A stretch of DNA of 64,000 bases, from NCBI RefSeq assembly GCF_963921235.1, contig NC_086118.1:22818001-22882000 (forward strand). The letters run 5' to 3'. A model generated the notes under the pieces. That model searched no databases. It had not been told where the DNA came from and saw nothing but the letters and a program-made list of their open reading frames with translations. Origin of the DNA: Mobula hypostoma (lineage: Eukaryota). Made by a program: the position numbers and the translations under genes. This document shows positions 49,031 to 62,802 of this stretch, piece after piece; the stretch's first letter is position 1, and every line of letters begins with the position of its first letter.

Positions 49031-51004
49031 TCGATGGGGACTAAGCATCCCTTCATGTTTTGAACATGGACTAGCAAGGATTTTATTGGAATACCTTGCT
49101 CAGATGAAGAAGTCTGAGCTGGCAGAACATCTGACCACAGAGCGTAACATGCTCAGATGAGGCCTCGAAGTAACAGGATGAGAATTGGCAGATGGGAGTC
49201 ACAATACTACCATGTGACGGGTTCATGCCAAGGGCGCCACAAGCGTACACATGGCTTGAATCCAATATTGACATACAAAACCATATTGGAAGCAAGAAAT
49301 GTGATAAAGACCGAAAAATCCAAAATTCAGTGATAACACCAGAGATCAAACATTGAACAAGAGTTTGGAACAGCTGTGTCTCGGAAAAGGAAAAACTCTC
49401 TTGAGAGCCTGGCCAATTCACAACTGTGTGGTGAATATCGCAACTGATTAAATGACATAAGTCCAAAAGGAAATAACCAAGCATAGTGAACTACTAAACA
49501 GCTATTCAGCCCAAAATATCAACTCCTTATTTCCTTCCATAGATGCTACCTGACCTGCTGCATTCCTCCCGCATTTTTGTGTATGTTACTCTGAACAATG
49601 AAAGAAAAAGTGTAATGTATTTCTATCTGTTTCAACAGGTCTGAACATTTTGAAAGAATGAGCCAACATAAATTAGGTACGAGTATCAAGGAAATCATCT
49701 GAAAAGTAGAAGATCTAACTGAAATAATTATAAGGAAAGTTTTGAAGATAGGAGGCAATATCGTCAAAACGGAGGGCTTTAGAAAGGTAACTTTAATTTT
49801 TATTCCTAATGCATATTTATTTAAAAAAAAAGCCTAGCTATGGGCAAGAGTGAAAACACAGTGTGCTAAAGTCTGACTATAATTTAATTAAAATACACTG
49901 CCCTGCTAAGAATGCGGATGTTCAGAGTCCAAATAAAGGGTATAACATATAATATTATGTCAGTGAATCATATCTTCAAAAAGAGGATTGAAGTTTCTTT
50001 CCAAAGCTCTAAACTTTCTGACACATTCACAGAATTTGAATGAAATGTTGATTTCATCTGTGTAAATCAGATTATATTATATACATATGCTAATAAAGCA
50101 AAGGGCCATGACATCATAAAGCAGCAGATAAAAGCTTGAGGAGAGAAGATAAAAGCTTTCAGTCCTTTGTATGGCAGAGTAATATACACAGCAATTAAAA
50201 TATTAATGTAATTTAAGATCATTTGATTCCATTAAAATCTAATTTATTCATCTATTGTGTAATCTAGCCCAATAAAATAATGAGGAGTCACATATATAAG
50301 TATTTATAAGTATATACTGATTGCTTCCTTTGATTCAAACATTTGTGTCTTTTATTGTCAAGTATTCCTCTGAGAGACTCTTCGTTAACTTGGCATTAAG
50401 TAGAACATAGTAGAAGACTGCTTATTGCACAACATTGCAAATTGTCTTCTTCCATGAATTACAAAATATGCAAATTATCTTGAAAGGCACCTAGGGCTTT
50501 GCCAAGATTGAATGAAGATGCCATGGTCTACTTGTGGATCATAATGAAGCAGAATCATATTACAAATTGTTGCTACAAATTACCATTCATTCTGTTCCTG
50601 ATGGATGAGCCATTATAATCAATGGAAACAATCAAATCTTCAAGAGATTAACCGACAAGGCTCAGTTAGTTATAATGAAGATTATTTTAATCAATGCATT
50701 ACCATTGTGAAAATTCTTCCTAAGTATCTATAAAAAATGTTGGTGCTCACAATTCATCCTACTTAATTTGCAAATATCACAATGATATCAATAAATATTC
50801 TCATGTTTACTGCTTTTGTTTAAACAGAGTGGATCATTGCCCTTCAACTGCTTTCTGAGTTTCATTATATTTTGAACAAATCAAATTTCACTGAAACGAT
50901 ATTTTACGCCTATATTCTTATGTGGTATTACATGGTATTTCATACTGATTACAGCACACACTTTTCCACACTGGCTTTATACTACATACAAATCTCTCTG
51001 AATC

Positions 51005-51905
51005 CTGTTTCAGAATCAGGTTTATTATCACTGGCATGTGTCATGAAATTTGGTAAATTAGCAGCAACAGCAGTTCAGTGCAGTACATAATATAGAAGAA
51101 AAATCAATCAATCAATCAATTACAATATATGTATATTGAACAGATTAAATATCATGCAAAAGCAGATATAATATATATTTTAAAAAGTGATCTAGTGTTC
51201 ATGGGTCCAATGTCCATTTAGGAATCAGATGGCAGAGGGGAAGAAGCTGTTCCTGAATCGCTGAGTGTGTGCCTTCAGGCTTCTGTACCTCCTGCCTGAT
51301 GGTAACAGTGAGAAAAGGGCATGCCCTGAGTGCTGGAGGTCCTTAATAATGTACACTGCCTTTCTGAGACATTACTCCCTGAAGATGTCCTGGGAACTTT
51401 GTAGGCTAGTACCCAAGACAGAGCTCACTAGATTTACAACCTTCTGCAGCTTCTTTTGGTCCTGTGCAGTAGCCCCTCCATACCAGACAGTGATACAGCC
51501 TGTCAGAATGCTCTCCATGGGACATCTATAGAAGTTTTTGAGTTTTTTTTTTGACATACCAAATCTCTTCAAACTCCTAATGAAGTATATTCACTGTCTT
51601 GTCTTCTTTATAGCTGCATCAATTTGTTGGGACCAGGTTAGATCCTCAGAAATCTTGACACCCAAGAACTTGGAACTGCTCACTCTCTCCACTTCTGATC
51701 CCTCTATGAGAATTGGCATGTGTTCCTTCGTCGTACCCTTCCTGAAGACCACAATCAGCTCTTTTGTCTTACTGATATTGAGTGCCCTCTCATCTCCATC
51801 TGAGATTCTACCAACAATATTTGTAGCATCAGCAAGTTTCTAGATGGTATTTGAGCTACGCAGCCACACAGTCATGGGTATAGAGAGAGTAGAGCAGTGG
51901 GCTAA
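51005..51905 (-). mobile_element. Rex1/Babar RT/3' fragment
   Basis: RFGMSKK.L.NFYRC..ESILTGCITVWYG...QD.KKLQKVV. Confidence 0.88.
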
Positions 51906-52649
51906 TCCCATTAACAGGGACTTGAGTTTCTTTTGATTTCACATTTTTAACTTCCCTGTAAACATATTTGGGTTAATTTCCTACTTGAAGGAATAAATTC
52001 CTCTTTTTTAATCACTCTCTCTGGATAAAGATGTTTCACTGCACCTCTCTGCCAGATTAGTCAAGTGAAAAGTTTATGTTCATAGCGCTAGATTTGATAC
52101 CTCTATGCAAATTTCTTCATGACCTTGAGTATTAACCCTGCAACAAATACATTTGACAAACGACAAAACTATCGACAAAAATGTAACAATCAGGCTTCAG
52201 TCTTTATGAGCCACCAAGAAATTTTAAATTCACTTCTATGATCCCCATGTTATTGCCAATTCAAATACTGGGGCTGGGTGCACATTCCAATCTAAGATGA
52301 ATCATAACCATGATAGCTTTCATTTTCAAGTATTTTGTCATTCAACTGTACACATGTATACCATCAAACGAGATAACGTTCCTCTGGACCAAGGTGCAAA
52401 ACGCAGTACGTATAACTCACACACATAACACATAAATAATATTACCACAAATAAATTAACAAATAATAAGCTTAAAAGGTTAAACATACAACAGTACTGG
52501 TGCTTCATACGTGATGAGACCTAGATAGCGGTAGGGAGTTCAGTAGTCATATGGCCTAGGTCCAATCCTAACAGTTCTTGTCCTAATGCTCCTGCCTGAT
52601 GGTAAGGTATTGTTGGACGGATGGGAGGAATCATTAACAATGCTGCGCC

Positions 52650-53365
52650 CATTGCTCCTGATGTGGTCTTCTGTATATTGGCGAGACCCGACGCAGTCTG
52701 GGAGATCGTTTCGCTGAACACCTACGCTCTGTTTGCCAGAGAAAGCAGGATCTCCCAGTGGCCACACATTTTAATTCCACGTCCCATTTCCATTCTGACA
52801 TGTCTATCCACGGCCTCCTCTACCGTAAAGACGAAGCCACACTCAAGTTGGAGGAACAACACCTTATATTCCATCTGGTTAGCCTCCAACCTGATGGCAT
52901 GAACATTGACTTCTCAAACTTCCCCTAATACCCCACCTCCCCCTCGTACCCATCCGTTATTTATTTATATACACACATACTTTTTCTCTCTCTCCTTTTT
53001 CTCCCTCTGTCCCTCTCACTATACCCCTTGCTCATCCTCTGGGTTCCCCCCCCCCACTTTTCCTTCTCCCTGGGCCTCCTGTCCCATGATCCTCTCATAT
53101 CCCTCTTGCCAATCACCTGTCCAGCTCTTGGCTCCATCCCTCCCCCTCCTGTCTTCTCCTATCATTTTGGATCTCCCCCTCCCCCTCCCACTTTCAAATC
53201 TCTTACTAGCTCTTCTTTCAGTTAGTCCTGACGAAGAGTCTCGACCCGAAACGTCGACTGTACCTCTTCCTATAGGTGCTGCCTGGCCTGCTGCGTTCAC
53301 CAGCAAATTTGATGTGTGTTGCTTGAATTTCCAGCATCTGCAGAATTCCTTGTGTTTGCGTTTTT
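52650..53365 (+). mobile_element. Penelope-like element 3' end: GIY-YIG endonuclease C-terminus (to TAA 52926-52928) + UTR + hammerhead
   Basis: Hand translation CGLLYIGETRRSLGDRFAEHLRSV...PVATHFNS...LEEQHLIF...QPDGMNIDFSNF. Confidence 0.9.
53224..53260 (+). ncRNA. Minimal type-I hammerhead ribozyme motif (best-preserved copy)
   Basis: agtc-CTGACGA-agagtctcgaccc-GAAA-CGTC-gact: perfect 4-bp stem I, palindromic ACGT in place of stem III. Confidence 0.8.
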
Positions 53366-53689
53366 AAAATGGTAGGTGTGGTAACTTTTATGTTAGCCAT
53401 CTCCTGGAGAAGATACAAATGGAAAATTAAAAGATGAAATGCAGGGAAAGCGAAGATTGGAAGAAAAGTGTAGACAGATTGGGAAAGAAGGAATACCTCA
53501 AAGCAGACACTGGTTATTGTCATTGTCTCTTCACTTCTTAAGATATTGGAAAATAATCATGATTCAAACTAGAATATCAGCAAAGGTACTTTGTTAATTA
53601 AAAGTATGCTTGCACCATCAAGCAGCATGCTGACAATGGCTTTTTTTCCACACTGACTGCTTATAGAACCTTCTACACACAAGGCTGCA

Positions 53690-54000
53690 ACTCATTTAAC
53701 AGATTAGCTTTCTTTGTCACATGCACATGAAAATATACGGTTAGATGTGTCATTTTGCATCAAATCAAATCAATGAGGATTGCACTGAGCAGCCTACAAG
53801 CGTTGCCACACCTGCAGAGCCAGTACAACATGTCCACAACTCAGTACTCCTAACCCTACGTCTTCAGAATGTGGCAGGAAACTGGAGCTCTGGGAGGAAA
53901 CTGAAATGACCAGGGGGTGAGTGTATAAATTCCTTACGGACAACACTGGGAATTGATAATCGCTGGCTCTGTAACTCGATGCGCTAGCCTCTACATGGTG
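53690..54000 (-). mobile_element. V-SINE (HE1-like)
   Basis: Minus strand: tRNA-like head, then V-domain-like gtttcctccc...cagtttcctgccacattc.gaagacgta. Confidence 0.6.
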
Positions 54001-54234
54001 CAACTCAATCCTGAAGAGATGACTGCATTAATATGATTATCATTGCTCAAAAACTGATATTACATATGAGTTATATTGCAGCCTTACTTTAATAGCAAAC
54101 GACAGACAATTATCTGTCGATATGTGATATATTTTGACACAATTGCTTCCAGATACTAAGGTTGACAACCTGTTACTAACTGGCTGAAATCTCCCCAGAG
54201 TGTTTTGTTGAGCTGTTGTGTTAGTGTTCTGTGT

Positions 54235-55050
54235 CATAGAAACATAGAAACATAGAAAATAGGTGCAGGAGTAGGCCATTCGGCCCTTCGAGCCTGCACT
54301 GCCATTCAGTATGATCATGGCTGATCATCCAACTCAAAATCCTGTACCTGCCTTCTCTCCATACCCCTGATCCCTTTAGCCACAAGGGCCATATCTAACT
54401 CCCTCTTAAATATAGCCAATGAACTGGTCTCAACTGTTTTCTGTGGCAGAGAATTCCACAGATTCACCACTCTCTGTGTGAAGAAGTTTTTTCCTTATCT
54501 CAGTCCTAAAAGGTTTCCCCTTTATCCTCAAACTGTGACCCCTCGTTCTGGACTTCCCCAACATCGGGAACAATCTTCCTCCATCTAGCCTGTCCAATCC
54601 CTTTGGAATTTTATACGTTTCAATAAGATCCCCCCTCAATCTTCTAAATTCCAGCATGTATAAGCCTAGTCGATCCAGTCTTTCATCATATGAAAGTCCT
54701 GCCATCCCAGGAATCAATCTGGTGAACCTTCTTTGTACTCCCTCTGTGGCAAGAATGTCTTTCCTCAGATTAGGGGACCAAAACTGCACACAATACTCCA
54801 GGTGTGGTCTCACCAAGGCCTTGTACAACGGCACCTGTACTCGAATCCTCTTGCTATGAATGCCAGCATACCATTCGCCTTTTTCACCGCCTGCTGTACC
54901 TGCATGCCCACTTTCAATGACTGGTGTACAATGACACCCAGGTCTCGTTGCACCTCCCCTTTTCCTAATCGGCCACCATTCAGATAATAATCTGTTTTCC
55001 TGTTCTTGCCACCAAAGTGGATAACTTCACATTTATCCACATTAAATTGT
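54235..55050 (-). mobile_element. CR1 3' fragment
   Basis: (catagaaa)n tail; LYKALVRPHLEYCVQFWSP, LRGDLIETYKI. Confidence 0.92.
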
Positions 55051-56044
55051 CATGGTGATTCTTTCTCAGCCACTGATGCTGGCATCACCAACACTTGCAA
55101 TATCGAAGCAACCCTAAATAAAAGCAGAAAGAATATGCAGTTACCAGAAATCTAAAGAGTACTAGAAATATTCAGTGGATCTGAAAACGTCTATGAAGAG
55201 GGAATCTGTCAAAGTTTCAGCTTAATGCTGCTTCTCTCTCCACAGATGTCATTGGACCTGCTGATACTTTAGCAACCTTTTTTCTTATTTCTAAGCAATT
55301 CCATTCTGCTAATTTCCTCATTTCAGTGGCTTCCCCCTAGCCCAATAAATCTTCATGATCACTGCTTTTCCCCAGCTCTGGCCTGCAGGGTATTAGAAAT
55401 TCTAATCACTCTAGTAATGGTGGCTGTGCATTCAACAACTAAGTTAAGCAACTCCTCTTCACTTTCCTTAAAGAATATTTGATTGGTCATATGTCCTGTA
55501 TGCTTGGGGACAGATTTTTTCAAAAAAAAAATCACTTTTGCTACATTAATAACGCTACAAAATGAAAGTTGGTGTCATAATCGCAACTGTTGCCACAATA
55601 GAACTCAGTGGAGCTGAAGGCTGACATAATCATTATTTTGTGATTAGAATCACAAGACAGAAAATAGTATATTCGTAAAGAACTAAGGTGAAATTTCTAG
55701 AATTTTGGGATGCATGCAGAAGTTTTTTTAAAAATTGAAGGCAAGAATACTGAAAATCACCATAGCCTGGAACCAAATGCCTGTGTCTATAATGGTTTCA
55801 TTATATTTAATAACAACACTGAACAATGCTGATTTCTTTTTAAATATCCACATTAATTTGTTGATCATCGGTTATTATAATGTAATACCAGTTTAGTTCT
55901 TCTCTCCAGCTCGAAGTGCTAGCCAATTGTTTTTGAAAAGCAAAATTAGTTGCTATTTCAAAGTTAATCTATTCATCTATCAGAGAAACTCATCAGTATT
56001 TCTAAGTCAAATTAAATTACTCTTCAAGAAACTTTCTAAAGCCT

Positions 56045-56277
56045 ATACACAAAATACTGGAGGAACTTAGCAGGCCAGGCTGCATCTGTAAGAAAAGTAC
56101 AGGACCCCCACCTTTTAACTCTACTCCTCAGCTTTTTTTCTCCAGTCCTGCCAAAGGGTCTCAGCCCAAAATGTCGACTGTACTTTTTTCCATGAATGCT
56201 GCCTGGCCTGCTGAGTTCCTCCAGCATTTTATGTGTGTTGCTTGGATTTCCAGCATCTGCAGATTTTCCCTTGTTTA
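56045..56277. mobile_element. Penelope-derived inverted (fold-back) mini-element
   Basis: ~58-bp arms 56045-56102 and ~56178-56238 in inverted orientation around a decayed hammerhead at 56143-56180. Confidence 0.75.
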
Positions 56278-58557
56278 TAACTGCAGATGCTTGCGAGACC
56301 ATACCAAATAATATAGTTGAAATAAAACAATACAGTGGTCATGTACAAATTGCTATTGACTTAATACCATTCTCACTCAACAATGCAAAGAAAAAATACA
56401 AAACATTTTTATTGGGAAAGCACATAATTATTTCATGTAAGTATGAATTTTTGACACTTTGTTAGCCAGAAACAAAAGCAGATATACTCAGTGATCCAAA
56501 TTTAATTAAAGTTTGACTGTTGCACTGATCCAATATTGATATACCTATAATGCATTATATCTGTAATAGAGTCCTGCTCGTTAGCCAATACTTTGAGTAC
56601 CACGAAGATCAAAATATAATTTGAATTATTTTCCCTTAAGTGTATTTGAACAATCTTTTACTTAACTATTAGTTTGGAATTAGAAATAATTCTATGTCTA
56701 CTAGGAACTATTTTATCAGAAGAGGTTTGGGCATTATTTTTTATAATACATATTCACAAATATGTGTTACTGTGGTGATTTGACTGTCATATAGTGAGTA
56801 CCTTCAACAACAAATAAAATTGACTGAATTTAGTGAGAAAAGAACATAAGAGTATTATTGAATCAATATTATGATTGAATTGAAATTGAAAAATTCACAG
56901 CGTTCTGAGAAGTAACTGAATAAAAATTACTGTAGTAATCTAAAGACTATTATTTGCCATCAGAACAATAAATTATTTTAAATATGTGTTTGTTAGCTGA
57001 TTTTTACCACCTTTTTCATTACCCTTCTGCTAAAAGCAATTGCTGCACAGTATGAAGAATATTAAGAGGTACAATGCTGTAACATCATCATATGGGTTCA
57101 GGTGACAACATAAACAGCCAAACTGAAGCTTAAGCAGCTTAGACAGTCACCTAAACTCCCAGATTGTGTTTCAGACTTATGTTATACACTTGACTACCTG
57201 CTGTTTGCTGCAAAGTGAGCAATGAAAGGATAATGAGATCACAGCTTTGAGATAGGATGATACAGAATTTTTAAAGCAAAGCAGCATCTTGCCCTTTTTG
57301 TTACCTTTGTTATATTAAACAGATGTAAGATTAGAATAAGGACTTGGTAAAATGACACTACAGTGCCACGAGACACTGAGTTCTGCAGGTTTATTAGTAA
57401 ATCAATAATGAATTATACTAATTATAAACTTTGAATGAAAACTATGGGTAGAATTTCTCTCACACAACTCTGATAAGAAGTTATTGCATCATTGACAATC
57501 AGCTGAACATGGAGTACAGCAAGATTGTACACATTTCCAGGTGTTTACAAGTGCACTGGAAAAAATGTCTCCTCACCATTTGGATAAGCATTAGGTTCTC
57601 CCATGCACTCCCCAATAAAACACTGAGTAAAGTGCCAAGCACTAAATTCACTTGCTATGAGATCTGCATCCTCACAAATATGACAAATTGCAATTCTTAT
57701 TTATTCACCACATTTGAACTTTGATATTCAACTTGCCCAGCTTCTCCTCCAGTCATACTATTTGAAGATCAATACTTAAACTATGTTCTTTTACTTCTCA
57801 GCTGTTGCTGATCTATCAATTTTCCAATGACATGACTATTGTTGGCTGAATTGCAGGTGGTGACCAGGAGGTGTACTGGAATGAGATAGATCAGTTAGTT
57901 GAGTGGTGTCACAGCAACAACCTTGCACCCAACATTAGTAAGACAAAGGAATTCATTGTGGATTTCAGGAAGGGGAAGTCAAAGAAATAGACATCAGTCC
58001 TCATCAAGGGAGCAGAACTGGAAAGGGTGAGCAGTTTCAAATTCCTGGGTATCAACATCCTTGTGGATCTATCCTGGGTTCAACTTTTGACGCAATTACA
58101 AAGAAAGCACAGCAGTGGCTATATTTCATTAGGAGTTTGAGAAGATTTGATATGTCACCAAAGACAATGGTAAATTACTACCGAAGTATAGTGGAGCGCA
58201 TTCTAATTGATTGCATCACTGTCTGGTATGGAGGGGCTACTCTACAGGATTGGAAAAGCCTGCGGAAAGTTGTAAACTCAGCCAGCTCCTTCATGGGCAC
58301 CAGCCTCCCCAACATTCAGGACTTCTTCAAAAGGCGATGCCTCAGGAAGGCAGCAGCCATCTTTAAGAACCCGCATCACCCAGGAAATGCTCTCTTCTCA
58401 TTGCTACCATCCAAGGAAGAAGCACAGGAGCCTGGAGACACACATACATTGTTTGAGGAACAGCTTCTTTTCTTTGCCTTCAGATTTCTGAATGGACAAT
58501 GAACCCATGAACACTTCCTCAGTATTATTTTTCTTTCCGTCTCTTCCTACATTATTC

Positions 58558-58562
<5 letters not shown>

Positions 58563-58608
<46 letters not shown>
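58563..58608. repeat. (AC)~23 microsatellite
   Basis: Directly visible. Confidence 0.97.
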
Positions 58609-58613
<5 letters not shown>

Positions 58614-58679
58614 TATATATACATATACGTATGTATGTATATGTGTGTGTATACTATTGTGTATACTATTCCAGTAAAT

Positions 58680-59220
58680 TTTGTACAGTTTTAGTCACCG
58701 AATTATAGGGAAAATGTCAACAAAATAGAGAGAGAAGATTTACTAGAATGTTACCTGGGTTTCATCACCTAAGTTACAGAGAAAGGTTGAACAAGTTGGG
58801 TCTTTATTCTTGGGAGCGTAGAAGTTTGAGGGGGGACTTGATAGAGGTATTTAAAATTATGAGGGGGACAGATAGAGTTGACGCGGATAGGCTTTTTCCA
58901 TGGAGAGTGGGGGAGATTCAAACAAGAAGACATGAGTTGAGAGTTAAAGGGCAAAAGTTTAGGGATAACATGAGGGGGAGCTTCTTTACTCAGAGAGTGG
59001 TAGCTGTGTGGAACGAGCTTCCAGCAGAAGTGGTAGAGGCAGGTTCGGTGTCATTTAAAGTTAAATTGGACAATTATATGGACAGGAAAGGAATGGAAGG
59101 TTATGGGCTGAGTGTAGGTTGGTGGGACTAGGTGAGAGTAAGAGTTCGGCACGGACTAGAAGGACCGAGATGGCCTGTTTCCATGCTGTAACTGTTATAT
59201 GATTATATGGTTATATGGTT
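58680..59220 (+). mobile_element. CR1 3' fragment
   Basis: LSYRERL.KLGL, LRGDLIEVFKI, FFTQRVV.VWNELP; (ttatatgg)n tail. Confidence 0.9.
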
Positions 59221-60360
59221 TTATATATATACTTCTTATTGTTATGTATAGTATTTATGACCATGTATTGCATTGTACTGCTGCAGCAAAACAACAAATT
59301 TCCCACCTCGTTCTGCTCAATGCAGCATACTTTCTTTCATCTCTATCACTCCCTGTTTTGTGAGGACTGCCTATAAAGATCATATCTGCTGGGTTGCAAG
59401 TTGGCAACTGTGAGAAAGATAGGAGGGGTCAGTGCTGTGTCACTGCTATAATACTGTTTAGTGAATCTCAGACTGAAGTTCTCATTCTTTATGCAACTTT
59501 TTTGGTGTTAACTGCCAGCAATGTAATTTTTAGTACCAAAATGTAATAGCTAGGCTTATATATTTCTTATAATTGTTTGCACTTTAAAATTTACTACACC
59601 ACTTATGTAGATCCAACCCAATTTGAAATCCTTGGCCCAAATGTGTGGCAGAAGAATAAAAAAAAACTGAACTAAACAATGGCTTTAAAAGAGTTAGGAG
59701 AAGTCCAGAGTACAGTGTATCTTAGTACAACATAGTACAGAAGAAACAAGGTTAAGATGAGGAAATATTCAACACGTCAGGCAAGTCTGTGTAGAGAGAG
59801 CCTGATGAACCAGGTTACATCACTGATGATTGTCCCAGTAGCACAATCCTTCTCCTATCACCCTTCTGATGGAGTGGGGTGGGGTGGGGAGTGATGGGAG
59901 ATCACATTGACCAGAAACAATTGGAGCAGCTGCGTCTGTATTAGGTTGTAAGATCAATTCAGAAGTGGCTTATAGTGTGATCAGTGACTTAGCTCCTCAA
60001 GTTCTCTTTATAGATCACAAGGCATGAATGGGATAGACAATCTCCATTTGCACACATGAGTGTAACTCTGACTCAAAATGTTTCAAGATTATTGCAACTT
60101 CACCACCATGAAAGTTCACTGCCTTCACCACTGTGTTGTAGTTTGTGCCATCAACAACATGCAGACGAGCTCTCCCAAATATCTGACTTCTACCAGCTTG
60201 AAGGATGTGGGGGCAACATCAGTCAATCATCCTGGTTTGGAAATATGCTGCCATTTCTACAATCATGAAGGTTCAAGGTGAATGCCAAATGTGGCTTTGC
60301 AGAGATGCCTATGTCTCGTGAATGGACAGTAAAGATCTACATCTCATTATGGTAAACCTT

Positions 60361-61538
60361 TATACTTTTTTTTATACTTTATTGTCGCCAAGCAATTGGT
60401 ACTAGAATGTACAATCATCACAGCGATATTTGATTCCGCGCTTCCCACTCCCTGGATTACAAATATTAAATATTAATAATAGTAAAAATTAGTAAATATT
60501 AACAATTTAAATTATAAATCATAAATAGAAAATAGAAAAATAGAAAGTAAGGTAGTGCAAAAAAAAAACAAGAGGCAGGTCCGGATATTTAGAGGGTACG
60601 GCCCAGATCTGGGTCAGGATCCGTTCAGCAGTCTTATCACAGTTGGAAAGAAGCTGTTCCCAAATCTGGATGATACGAGTCTTCATGCTCCTGAGCCTTC
60701 TCCTGGAAGGAAGAGGGACGAAAAGTGTGTTGGCTGGGTGGGTTGTGTCCTTGATTATCCTGGCAGCACTGCTCCGATGGTGTGCGGTGTAAAGTGAGTC
60801 CAAGGACGGAAGATTGGTTTGTGTGATGTGCTTCACCATGTTCACAATCGTCTGCAGCTTCTTCTGGTCTTGGACAGGACAACTTCCATACCAGGTTGTG
60901 ACGCACCCTAGAAGAATGCTTTCTACGGTGCATCTATAAAAATTAGTGAGTGTTTTAGGGGACAGGCCAAATTTCTTTAGTTTTCTCAGGAAGTAAAGGC
61001 GCTGTTGGACCTTCTTGGCAGTGAACTCCTCTTGGTTGGACCAAGTCAGGTCATTTGTGATATTAACCCCGAGGAACTTGAAGTTTTTGACCTGTTCCAC
61101 TTGCGCACCACCGTTGTAGATTGGGTCGTGCAGTCCGCTACTCCTTCTGAAGTCAACAACCAATTCCTTCGTCTTGCTGACATTGAGGGATAGGTTATTG
61201 TCTTCGCACCATGCCACCAGGTTCTTAGTTTCCTCTCTGTACTCAAACTCATCATTACCCAAGATACGGCCTACAATTGTTGTGTCATCAGTAAACTTAT
61301 ATATTGAGTTTGATGGAAACTTGGCTACACAATCATGGGTGTACAGTGAGTACAGCAGGGGGCTGAGTACACAGCCTTGTGGGGCACCGGTGCTCAGAGT
61401 GATTGTAGAGGAGAGCTTGTCCCCTATTTTTACAGCCTGGGTCCTGTCTGTGAGGAAGTTGAAGATCCAGCTGCAGATCTGAGTGCTAAGGCCCAGGTTC
61501 CGGAGCTTAGGAATCAGTTTATTTGGAATGATGGTATT
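60361..61538 (-). mobile_element. Rex1/Babar RT/3' fragment, comparatively well preserved
   Basis: 247-aa ORF with [22 protein letters not shown]; probable 6-bp TSD aacctt at 60355-60360 and 61539-61544. Confidence 0.9.
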
Positions 61539-62802
61539 AACCTTCCAATTCTCTTCAACTTAAGACTCCTCTGCTTCATCGTGACTGAATAGTTTCAGGC
61601 CTGGCTTGAACTGGGTAAACAGACTGTATTTAGAAACAGAATATCTGTTCTTTTACAATAACATGGAATCCATGCTGTGAGTTATTTCAAGCACTGCTTT
61701 GGAATGGCATACCGCCGTATTAGAATTTAACTTACAACAGTATAAATTGCAATATTTCTTCAGATTTTGGTACACTAACAAGGTCCTTCAAATGACAGTA
61801 ATAATACCTCACAATATTCCACATAGGCAGACCTATATCACACAACATGGTGAAATTGCTTTGGAGATTATGAAATACAGGAAGAAACAATAAACTACGA
61901 TAATTAAAAATATACCACAGCCTGTGGCTGTGAAAATCAAATTCATCTCCCCTGGATTAACTGTAGAATTATAACAGTTATAATTTTATATATTTATATT
62001 AGATGCTGTTGGTTGGGAAGTAATTTGAGTTCAAATAAGCTATAGTTAAAATGAGTCTAAATTGTTAGCTGCTAGATTGGCTATAGGTAATAAATGGAAT
62101 TGATGTATTGTTTCTTTGCAGATAATGATTATACATTCAGGGATGATTTTAGGAAAGAACTAAAGCATTTGTTTATATATGCAGTCCCTTCAGGAAAAGT
62201 ACAACGCAGTGCAGAAGGCAAAATGCAATTTAGTCAGTAATTGACCTACTTAGTAGGAGGATCATTAATTTTCATTTAGGACAATAAATGCCTGCTTTTC
62301 AAAAACATTTTAGCTATTGTCTGCTTAAATTTTAAATGTCAGATACTCAGTAGGAAAACATCATGCCAAGCTACGTCTGATCAAACCGGCCAGCTGTAAA
62401 ATTAACTTGGCTTTAATTTCTTATATTTGTCAAATTTTTAAGTATCTTAGGGTTACCTTTTTTTCAGAAATAATGTCAAGAAGTCTTTGAGGAAAGGCAG
62501 GACCCCATAAATCATAGATAATAAGTACAACTAGTTATAAAATGTGACAGCATTATGTAAAGAATGTTATCATACATATGCTAGTGAAGGACATTACAAG
62601 ATTTTGATTGCTTTTATCTTCAACTGTAATTCCCTTGTACCTATCAATCTGAGGGATGTTAATGACCAGTAACAATTTGTACTGCTCCCAGAGCAGGTCA
62701 ATGCTGAATAAATGCATAGCATTTTCCCTCTCAAGGATATCAATTTTAATTCCCCTTCAAACTACCCTTAAATATGTATTTTCGCTTTCTCAGGTTTTAA
62801 GG

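Larger units (their letters stand above)
57825..59300 (+). mobile_element. Rex1/Babar fragment whose 3'UTR is interrupted by a microsatellite and a CR1
   Basis: RRFDMSPKT..NYYRS.VE.IL..CITVWYG; tail resumes ~59220 (actgctgcagcaaaacaacaaatttc). Confidence 0.8.

Noticed and set aside
49083..49484. 133-aa ORF
   Set aside because: No recognisable domain; probably an old unclassified repeat or chance
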